This document shows positions 53,201 to 64,000 of a stretch of 64,000 nt of DNA, in pieces. Position numbers and translations under genes: made by a program. Under the pieces are notes generated by a model. It ran no database searches. It was not told the origin of the DNA and saw only the letters and a list, made by a program, of their open reading frames with translations. The DNA comes from Azolla caroliniana (lineage: Eukaryota; Plantae; Polypodiophyta): assembly GCA_043228905.1 (NCBI GenBank), contig JBHGNT010000021.1:992001-1056000 (forward strand), given 5' to 3'. Each line of letters starts with the position of its first letter. Within the stretch, counting starts at the first letter, position 1.

Positions 53201-56120
53201 GCCAGATGTGTGTGGTGTAATAGAGGTGTTTGCATTACTTGGCTCATTCCTACTATCCTGTACATGACATGCTTGAACTTGATCATTTTTCAAGATGCTT
53301 TTACTGTCTTTTATACTATAACACCCCACCATGCTTTTACTTTCTTCTATGCAATGCTCATTATAATCATGCGAAAGTGTACCTTTTACCTGTTTCCTCA
53401 AATGATGTATTCTTGGAAGAACATAATCCTTCACAATTGCAAGGTCTGGCAGATATATTTATTAGTTGAATATTTGATGAATCCTCCTTTATTAAGTGAT
53501 CACTGAGTCAATGAGGTGTGTGCAGACCAATTAGGGAGTTTACCTTCTGGTTTTAAGACTATTACGAATTTAGTCATTGTTACTTGATTTCTTGTTTCCT
53601 GCATATATGACTAAACAGCCTTGAATGAGGTCTCATATTTCACAAATGAAATTAGTTGGGAATTGGAGGCAACAATTACCTCTTTGTATAGCAATCCTTG
53701 CACAACCATTTCAATGTGATTGTTTGAACACACTGTTTACAACAGAATGTTTTAAGCAATTAAACTACAATTGACTACTGCCAAAGCATACATGTAAAGG
53801 AAACACAAAAGTAAATCAAGAAGTGTTGCAAATGCGTAATTTTTAACTGTGTTTATGACTCAGTATGCCACCAGAAAGTCATTTAGCATGCAGCGAGGTA
53901 GTAGCCATAGTAAATGATTTAATGCTTCATACCACATGTTGAAGATGTACATAAGGAGAAAAGAATAAGCTGTTGATTATAAATAGAGTAGTCTTGACCA
54001 TGTCTGCATCAGTTTCTGGCGTGAAACTTTTTAGTTGCTTTGCATACTAATTCATGAATCTTGGGATTGACATTTAGAGCACTAGAGACAATGTGCAACC
54101 AGAGATCAGGTAATGTTTCATTACTTATGGGCAAGGTTCCTTCACATCAATGAAAACAATAAGAAATTATTAGAAAATACAGCAAATCCATAAAAATTTA
54201 GCAGAATTGGTAGGTTTACATTCAATTTTGTTCCTCATAATGATTAAATTCTAACGACAAACATTGCATGCAATTTCCAATTACCCCTTATGTGCAGGAA
54301 TTATGAACAGGTCGGGAATCAAGAGAGATATTTTTATCCTGCTATTCCTAACAAATAAATTGAGATATACATTCTAGGTAAGTCATTATCAAATTTCTGG
54401 GTAAGTGATCCTTGCACATTCTATTGCTGTTTATCAAATTGATGAGCAGTGTGCAAGGATTGTTTAGGGAATCAAAGTGAATCTCTGAGAGCTAAGATTT
54501 AGTAACCAACAATAGTGTGATCCTAGGAGCCAACTTTTCGATATTACTAGTTACACTGTATTTTCACCAGATCTAGCATCTCTGACAATAATATGATTGT
54601 ACTCGTAAATTGTGCTTTTACAAGATCTAGTAGTTCTTAAACATAAACGCTCTGGAGTCTGTCCCAACTAAATACTCCATAGGAATTATGCATCAGAGAT
54701 TTTACTGTCAGTGCAAAATCACTATTTGTGAGCTACCATTACATAGAAGAAACTTACACTGAAAACGCTTGATTTTTGTGTAGAGAACATCCAGAAGAGA
54801 AGTTTCCTGAACATTTGAAAACTTTACATTGTGTTCAGATAACAAGCAACTGGTGGATGGAAAAAGATGTGTTACTTACAGATTCTGAATTCAGAGCTGC
54901 ATATAAACTTATATGATCAGCTGCAAAGTGCACCCATCTTTCACATTTCAAAGGTGTACTTATCCCATTACACATGATGTCCTCTCCTAAACATGAAAGG
55001 ACACTGAAATCCAAAAGAATATATATATATCTTCAGTTCTGAAATACCAACATTAACTTTGGAGCTTCTCAAAACGATGTACCTTCTAGAAAGACCAAGA
55101 GAACCATTTAAATGGTCAAGAAAAGCTCTAGTTTGTGCATGCAACTCCGGCTTTTTGACCTTATGAAGTGAGATTATCATCTCCTTTAGTTTTCTGTCTT
55201 CTAGGGCATCAAGCAAGTGCACGTGTTTTTTGGATAACCTGTAGAGTATTTCTACGATGCTTGCTTGAACAAAAAAATCTCCGCATTGTGGCAACACTTG
55301 TTTCACTATTTTCTGCCTAAAGAATGTCATGATTTCAATTAAACGTACTAGAGAATCAAAGGACCTGATCGTAAAAAAGTAACAGAGAAAAGATGCACCA
55401 TTGGAAACTAAAGTCCTCGGAAACAATCCTTTGATTTGTGGGACACATTAAAATTAGTGATGACAAGGTCTCAACAGCAGCTCGTTGAAGCCTGATTCCA
55501 GTTACTTTTGATCCTGCTAATATGAGCAGGCGTCCAAGAAAGTGTTGTCCAGCCATAATCTTGCCTGAAAAGTGAAAATGTCCGAACGAATGTATGAGGT
55601 TTTACAGAAATAAGTACAACATCACGACGAGATGTTAGTTCTGATGAAAAAGGTAGCAGTTTCTAAAGGATAATTTTTGAAGGAAATCTTACAATCTCCA
55701 TGATCCACCAAGTCTTCTATGAAGAAAAGCAGTTCACAGATGGAAACAGATATCTCAGGCTGGCTTAAGTCTCGCAGGAGGAGATTATCGTAAAGATTAG
55801 CAAGATGAGGAATAACTGAAGAAATCCACCTTGAATTACTAGATGCACATTTTCGCAAGCCATCGAATAGTGCTCTCAAAGTTGTATGATCAAGGCAAGC
55901 TGATAATGAAAACTGCAAGATTTCGCCACATTAACTCTATGTAAAGTGCGTCTATGGCATGGCAAACTGATAAAGATCAGAGAAAGGAAGAACGGACAGA
56001 TCTAACCTTGGAAAACGCATCCAAAATCTCTTGCAATCCTTGAGTTTTTTCACCTGAACGTAAATAATCTAAGAGGTGTTTGTCTGGAAAAGCGTTTGCA
56101 ATGTGTACAGGATCATCCAT
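50244..56120 (-). CDS. Meiotic chromosome axis protein of the SYCP2/Red1/ASY3 family (ARM-like + PH-like N-terminus, long disordered middle, C-terminal coiled coil)
   Basis: Multi-exon gene from ATG 56120. GDFFVQASIVEILYRL...FLDHLNGSLGLSR and ERWVHF resemble the SYCP2 ARM-PH region; large low-complexity exon at about 51790-53450; LFANALQKIMNKVKVIRDRKSTEILAS resembles the ASY3/PAIR3 coiled coil; probable stop at 50244-50246. Confidence 0.7.
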
Positions 56121-58722
56121 GGTGGAAGCTTCTGCAAATGTGAAATCACAAGAAACTATCCTAGATAGGCCACAGTAGAGCTTCTATATATAGACAGAGA
56201 GAGGTTTGGAGTGACTGATCAATGTAGAATGCGTTTATCTGTAAAGACGTTAGTCGCATTATGAAGGAATACTTGCAAGAAACGTTCTTAGATAATCTCA
56301 GAGAGAGAGGGAGGGAGGGAGGAGCTTATAGAGCTTCGCAAAAACTGATCAATCACGAACGCCTTTTAAGAAATAAAAAGTCACAAAACATTTTAGTTTC
56401 GGAATTGAAGCTTATAGAGCTTGGCTTAAACTGATCAATCAAGAACTTCTTCTTCTTCGATTCAGATTGAGGTTGAGATTGACAATGCCTTAACCAATCT
56501 TCGCCAGTGCGTTCGGGGAAGGAGCTTCTGAATCAAGATACCATCAAGAGAAACGCACTCAGGGATTCTTTTGCTTCTGCTTCTGATTCTGATTCCGCTG
56601 CTGAAGCTTCTGATTCTGGTTATGGTTTCTTCTGAATTTTGCTGCTTCAATCGCAGTGTCTATTTGCATTTCTAACGTACGAAGACCTTCATATGATGTC
56701 TCTCTTGCAGACGTCTATGTCGATCTAATACACAAAGAGCGCGAATGCTTCGTGAAAATCGTCAAACAATTTAACTTGTGTTTATAACTTATCTGTGCAT
56801 TTCATCCCCAAAAAAGCCAAAAAATTATACATAGTGTGTGCTCTATAAACCCTAACCCGATATTCTATTACCAGTACTTTCCATCAGACAATGGAAATCA
56901 ATCTTAATCATCTACTAGAGATTCTATTTCCGTCTGTTTTCCATTAGACAAATGAAGATCATTCTCATTTGACCTAATAAAGACTTTATTATCACTCGTT
57001 TCCATCAAACAATGGAGATCACTCAATTCATCTAATGGGTAAGGATTACTATCGCTAGTTTCAACAAGATGGTAGAAATAACTCAATTCATCGAACATTT
57101 AGAGAATATTACTGCTTGCTTCAAGGTGGAGATCATTCGAGTTTACATAGTTTCATCAGACAAGTGAGATCGCCTAAATTAGATTTTATTCTCCTCTCCC
57201 AAGATCAAATTATGACCCATGGGATCAAGGAGAAACATTTCCATGTAAAAAGCACATGGATTTTAGTAATGGAATGTTTTCACTCAATGTTGGTTAAGAA
57301 TGGGAGCAAGCGAACGAGACAGAGAGCCAAGTTTCATGTCACATATCTTGTTCAAGTACGATTGAGCAACTAAATTTAAATTGCACGTTAAAAATAATAT
57401 ATGTTATACATATTGAAAGGCATAATTCAAATCGAGTTGCTCAATCGTTCCCAAATAACCAAGTTTTATGCCTTATATATCTCCAATGTATGCAATGCAA
57501 GCACCTTTCTAGGAACAATAGTTTGTTAATAATATTACCAGACAAATAACCAAGTTTCATGTTTTATATGGCTAACGTATGAAAGCACTCTTCTAGTTAG
57601 TTGGTTAATAATAGTACCAAACATAAGTAAGTTCTACAAAGGTGCATTTTCATTTTGGAACACCATTTGTAGACACATATAATGTCCTCTTTGAAAATAC
57701 ACTTGTTTTAAGTAACAATCAAATTGAGAGTGCTTGTATCTCACCTTGAAAACAACACTTTCTCGGCAAATGGCAAATGCTCTTTCTTGCTTGCCAGCTC
57801 ATATTGTGCATTTTGTGCACATAGATAGAGAAAAAGTTTATAGGTCCCACCAAACAAACCCAAAACCGGCAACATTAATAGTTTTTCATGGGGAACAAAG
57901 AAAGATTGACTAATGAGGCCAAAAACATTAGGGTTACAAGAGCGTGCTCATTCTGTTTGCATGAAAAATATTGAGAGAATCCCTAAATTTATAGTGCGTA
58001 CATAATACAAATGTGGATAACAACAAACAAGTTGTGGTTCCCTATATTAAAATATGATATATATAACTTAACGAACAAGATTTAGAGGTCCCCACCAAAA
58101 CCATCTAAGAAACTAACTCTACCTATATATATGTTTTTCATGTAAGGAGTGGAAGATTTAACTTTTCACTAGAAAAACTATGAAAGACACGTGCTCTAGA
58201 GAGATGTACTAATTGTAACACTGATAGAGGCAAATGGATATGCATCGCAGGTATTTGGATCAATGGGAATAGCAAACGCACGAATACATGTGCCAAACCA
58301 TCCCTCTTGTGCCCGCCTTCAAAACCAAGAAATTGTAAAGCCAGTTGTAACTAACTGTACTTTCTCTTGTTTTCGATAAGCCTAGTGTGAAACTGGTGTC
58401 GCTGTAAGACTACTTTCCCTTGTTGTCCGATGCCTAGCGTGAAATTGATATCTCCGGTCTCATCACACGGGAGTGAAGACAGGATCGGGCCGCATCGGGC
58501 TCTCTAATGGACGTTAAAAAGATATCCATCTATCTATTCTCTCTCACTTTTGTGTTGGAACTTGGTACAATTGAATATGTATGTATCTTCTTGTTGGGAC
58601 GAAACAGCTATAGAAAGAAAATAAACAAATAAAATAAAAGAGAAAAAACAGAGTCTCGCTCGCTTTTGGCATCAACAAACAGAGAAAGAAGTTGAAGAAG
58701 AAGAAGAAGAAGTGCAGTCGCC

Positions 58723-61612
58723 ATGGTAGCTCGGCCTCTGGTTGTTGTTGGATCGGCGAATGCAGACATATACGTGGAAGTGGATCGCTTACCTGCGATT
58801 GGCGAGACTATAGCTGCTCGCTCTGGCCATACCCTCCCAGGTGGCAAAGGAGCCAATCAAGCTGCCTGTGCTTCTCGCCTCTCCTTCCCTACCTTCTTCA
58901 TTGGTCAGGTTAAATCATATATCTATATCTCAGCAGAGAAATACTCGTCGATTTCTATGCACTCTTTCATTCTTATTGATGTAAAAATTCGTACGAAACT
59001 CTAGACGCTCAAAAGTTCTTTTTCCTTGTTTTTTTTTTTGGGTTGCTTGCTGATGTTCATTCCATATCCTTACCTAGACATACAAAGAAAATGCATCAAT
59101 TGTTTGCATTTTATTTTATTTCTTGTTTACATAAATCTGCACATGTTCCCTTATAAACTTCTTCATTTTACAGGTAAAAGAATCCTCTTCTGACCGTCAA
59201 TTTTTTAGAAATTCAAACAATTCATGGCTGCTTCTCATTTTCTTTTTTTATTAATGTAAATTCATCTCGTCTCTAGTTTCATGTGTTCTAGCCCAAAGGT
59301 TGATCCTCTAGTTCTGGGAAAATCCAGTTGATTATCTTCATTCTTCAATTGGAGCTCTTGTATGGACCTCTGTTTCTAGAAAAAAAAACTTGCATTATCC
59401 ATTTACTTGCCTTATGCACAACAGCCATCTTGTCTCTCTTATCACAAGAGAAATACATTTCGTTTTATTGTTTTGTTGCAGGATCTGTTCAAAGTAGATA
59501 ATGTCATTATGGGAGTCACAATCTTGTTGATAATGTTTTAATAGTGACAAATTTGTCTAGAATATGCAACTATTTAAAATATGATTATCAGAGTCAAAAT
59601 CCTTCTAATTCTCTTTATTATCACATATTGTTTCTTTTTTGTGTTGGTGAGCTGATCAATTCTTTGCTATAGGTAGGTGAAGATGCACATGGATTGCTCA
59701 TCCGCAAAGCTCTTGCTTCTTGTGGAGTCCAACTGGATCACCTAAGATCTGTTTCTGAGCCGACAGGCCATGCTGTTGTTATGTTACAACCAGGAGGTCA
59801 AAATTCTATCATCATTGTAGGAGGGGCAAATGTATCCTGGACAAGTACATCAGAAGAAGGCAATGCAACCTTGTTTCCTTCAACAACACAAGAGATTATT
59901 CGTGGAGCTGGTGCTCTTCTCTTACAAAGAGAGGTTCCAGATGCTGTAAATATTGAGGCTGCCAAGGTTGTTTAACGTATGACATAACATTATATTCAAA
60001 TGAAATTATCAGAAGAGGAAACCCTGAAATGCCCCTGAGTTTTCATTATTTCCCCAAATGCTATTTCCATAAATGCCTTGGGTCAACCACTGACAGAGAG
60101 GAAAGGGGATATGGATCGATCACATGATTGCTCTAATAGCACATAAAGTTGAATATATATATATACGTCGACCATATAATTGCTTAAATAGCACATGAAA
60201 ACACACTTTCAGAGGTTGATTGAGGACATTTGGGAGATAAGGAAAGTTGAGGGCTTTTGGGTGAATATAGAAAAAACCGAGGGGTATTTTAGAGTTTTTC
60301 CCTTACCAAACTACCATCTAGTTTGCTACCATTCCTAATTGCCAGTGAAGTTTGCCAACCTCCCAAAACAACAAAAAGTAAATAGATAATTAATAGGACA
60401 AATTTACCAAAAAGTGTCGCTTTGGAAATTTAATTTATTCTTAATTATAGACCAAATTATTTTTGATGAACAGTAAATCATCATTACACTTTAATTAGCA
60501 TTGATTACCTTTGGGAAGGTTAACTTTCAAATTTCCGGAAGCTAATTAGGTATGCATGTTTGATTACACGTTTAGTTTTGTAAATAAAATTAGTTTGAAC
60601 CCTTGTCATTCAAGGTGCTTATTGAATTTTCCTATTAATGTAAATTCAAGGTGCTTGGATTTCCCTACAATAGAAAGAGGCAAACAGTCTAATTTTGTAT
60701 CTAAACTTAATTTTCACATGATTAGGAGCCCCAATTTTAAACAAGCATACTTAGATAATTTTACCTACTGAAACTAATCAATTTCCCAAAGTGGCATTTT
60801 GGGAATTCAGGAAACTTGATGTTGCATTTTAAGAGCTTCTTTTATGATTCTCTCACACATATGCTGTTGTTGGATGTTGAAGATCGCCAAGGATGCAAAT
60901 GTACCTGTCATCCTGGATGTTGGTGGTGCTGATGCTCCTTTACCTTCAGATCTTCTTCAGTGCATTACAGTGTTAAGTCCAAATGAGACAGAACTTGCAC
61001 GGTTGACATGTGCTGAAGTGGAGAGTTTAGAAGATGCAATTAATGCTGCAAAGAAATGTCAAGAAATGGTAACACACCATAAAATTGAGTTTTCTTCTTT
61101 TTTCTATTTGCAGTTTAATGAGTGATGTTGTCTCCTTTGTTTTTTTGCAGGGTGTCAAACAAGTCTTAGTGAAGCTGGGTGAGAGAGGTTCCCTTCTCCT
61201 GACTGAGGATGGGAATACTATAGTTCAGCCAGCCATTCTTGCTTCTAATGTGGTAGACACTACTGGTGCTGGTGATACATTTACTGCTGCGTATGCTGTA
61301 GCTCTTGTGGAGGGTCAATCATTAGCTGAATCCCTTCGTTTTGCAAGTAACTTTCAAGCCTATGGTTTTCTGTGTGAGAGATACATTTTATTATCGAGAG
61401 ATCATGATCTAGTATGGTGGGATAAGAGGGGGTCATAGTTCAGATGACTCTGGCAACTATATGGAGATCTTGAAATCAGTAGTTTGATACACCGATGTGG
61501 CATGTCCAACAAGAAATATAATGATTTGAACCCACTCACAGCTATCTAGTAAAATAGTGCAACTAGTAAGGCTTGATCTCTGATGCATGGCTTAGTAATA
61601 TTATTACCTAAC

Positions 61613-61686
<74 letters not shown>

Positions 61687-62214
61687 CATCTTCCTATATC
61701 TCAGTGTGTAGATGGATGAGACTATTGGCCCTCCTAGCACAGTAGGAGATAGATGTCATCAAACTTTTGAATATAAGGGAAATCTGTTAGAGGTTACATA
61801 CCTAATCAGTAGCCTCAAACAAGTGGTCATATCTCCTCCAATGTAATCTGGTTTTATGACTTCTCCATGTCTCTTCCCATGTAATTGGGATCAACTTAAT
61901 TGTAGGAAACTTTCTTTGCCGATATGATTCCCGAAAACTGCAAAACAAATCTGCGATGCTGTAAATGTAGCCGCTTTCATGATCTGTCTGAAAGCAAGTG
62001 TAGGACCAACGAACTTGCTAATAATTCTCTGGCTCAAATGAGAGGCTAGAGGTAATGAGCTGGAGCCTGAATTATTCATACATATTGATTTTTCTTTTTT
62101 GTATTTTCTGCAGCTGCAGCTGCATCATTATGTGTTCGTGTTAAGGGAGCAATACCTAGCATGCCTGAGAGGAAGGCAGTGCTTGATTTGCTGCAAGAAG
62201 TTGGAACCCACTGA
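58723..62214 (+). CDS. RBSK: Ribokinase (PfkB family), 5 exons
   Basis: Exons 58723-58908, 59673-59966, 60883-61068, 61151-61346 and 62114-62214. VVGSANAD, GGKGANQA, PNETEL, DTTGAGDTF and GAIPSMP motifs. Confidence 0.95.
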
Positions 62215-63399
62215 TATTTTACCAGCATTTTTAACAAAGATAATAAAGTCATTTTAATAAATCCCCATGATAAGTCTTTTCAGAACACTCTTCCTCTGTT
62301 GACCTCCCTATGGCAATCAATACATAAAATTGGATCAAACATTGTCACCATTAATTGCTAGCACTTATTCTTGGTTAACATAACATGACTTGCAGTTTTT
62401 CTACTTTTTCACACGAAAGTCAGAAATTTGTATTATGTGTAATCAACATGTGGCTTCAAAATGTTTGTTCTGGTAAATTTTCTGATGTTTCATCAACATT
62501 TTCTCTGTTTTCTGTGACTTTCTTGATCCAGATTTTGATTCGTGTACACGCATAATCGCATCCGTGTACATATATGCACTGTAATTTCCTTGTTGATGGC
62601 TCATTTCTTCATTAGTTACTGTTCTTATAGTTTTATAAATCTTAAATGACCATAATTTTCTGCATGTATTTTGAATACCTTATATTCACATTGAATATTT
62701 CTTCGATAGAATCTCATGTCCATTGCCATGGTGATTCGTTTTTTTGGTGTATTTTCACATTTCACTGTTAAAATTCAGATGTTTTCTGGCATGCCAGGGA
62801 GAAGGCTACTGCCCACCCAAAAAGGGAAAAATTATAAACAAAATAATAAAATTGAACGAAGATGAGGTATACTACTCATGATGGTTATTAGTGTAGAGTA
62901 TTTTGAAACAACATACATAGGTCATATTTGACCTTGAGGGTGATAGTAAATCTGTCTATTGCTCTCTCCGAAGTAAAAGTAGTGTATGTATTAAAACAAC
63001 ATGACAATAAAAAGAACCCTTGCAGTTCTTATTATGATCATGGGAATGTTATAACTTATGATAAGATGAAGCCTCTTTAAATGTTGCAAGACTAGTTGAC
63101 ATTAAAGGCAACTCCTTGGAGGGCAAGGTGTTAGTTCGTTTCAAAAACCACCAAATCAACTTTTCATTTATTTTAGAAAATTAGCGTATATATTAAAACA
63201 ACATACAAAAAAATTTATTATAATAATGAGAATGTTGATGGTGAATTAAATCGTTTAAGGGACTAGGTGCCATAAAAGATTAACTCCTTTAAGGACAAGC
63301 TATATTTAGAGGTCAATTGTGAAAACTACCAAATCAAACTTCCTTTCAACCTAGATACTTATGGTTTTGATTTGAAACTGTCAAAGAAGAACTCATTTC

Positions 63400-64000
63400 T
63401 CTTGTTCCATTTGTATCATAGAACCCAATGCCTACAATTGTAGCTCCTTGAATGAAAACAGTTGAAAGTAGAACAATAATCTTCTAGTTATTGATGTTGA
63501 AATCTTCTACACAATAATCCAAATGGATTTAGTAACTATTCATGTAAGGAATATGTGTCTACCATCCTTAAGCATTGTATGGTAAAACATAGAGTTGTAT
63601 GAGATCCGCAATGAACTTATTCTAATTTTAAAATGTGTTCTAATGTGGGCTGCTATCTACTTGGGATTTGTTGGGGTTAGATGTCCTTGAGTATGATGCA
63701 TGGAGTTGGATTAATAAAGTAGATCTTGGTTATAAAACAGAATATAGATAAATGTTCAGTTGGTTGGATGAATTTATGTCACGAATGATGATCCATTCAT
63801 TCCGAAACAAGTGTGTCCAGAGGTTCCATCATGAAACCATTTTTCCATTGTCTTGGAATGTACAAAGCAAGGTTTTTTATCTTTGTTGTGAGGGAATCCC
63901 TTGTATTTAATTCTACTTTTCTTTTGTGGAATTTGAGATCCCCTATTAGTGCACCTACCTTTGTTGAGACAAAAGATAATTCTCTTTGTTTGGTCATGGA
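63400..64000 (-). mobile_element. Possible decayed LINE-like coding relic
   Basis: Fragmentary reading frames with many stops; composition resembles a retroelement but no clean diagnostic motif. Confidence 0.25.

Overview
Land-plant nuclear DNA with spliceosomal introns, probably from a seed-free plant such as a fern (inference only), with a scaffold gap at 8303-8402. Host genes: a mitochondrial-type MscS-like channel (MSL1-like, cut by the gap), HMG-CoA reductase, a MATE transporter, a secreted proline-rich/extensin-like protein, a meiotic axis gene combining an SYCP2-type ARM-PH N-terminus with an ASY3-like coiled coil, and ribokinase. The most striking feature is a two-gene DNA-transposon-like element present in two diverged copies (about 8.66-15.14 kb and 24.3-38.0 kb) on either side of HMGR. 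One gene is a DDD/E RNase-H-fold (Sola/DUF7869-like) transposase with a C-terminal BAH/Tudor-like module. The other, transcribed divergently, is an intron-containing fusion of a ParB/Srx-like domain to a complete bacterial/phage-type beta-class N6A/N4C DNA methyltransferase (DIPY...NPYQKP...DLFSGT-GTT). Intron 1 of that gene holds an array of palindromic repeats with a period of about 51 bp. Both copies are now pseudogenised, but they differ mostly at synonymous sites in the stretch compared. Copy B is interrupted by a young full-length Copia LTR retrotransposon with a CCTCT target-site duplication. Several TE relics and a mitochondrial trnP insertion are also present. All family assignments come from motif recognition by eye; no searches were run.
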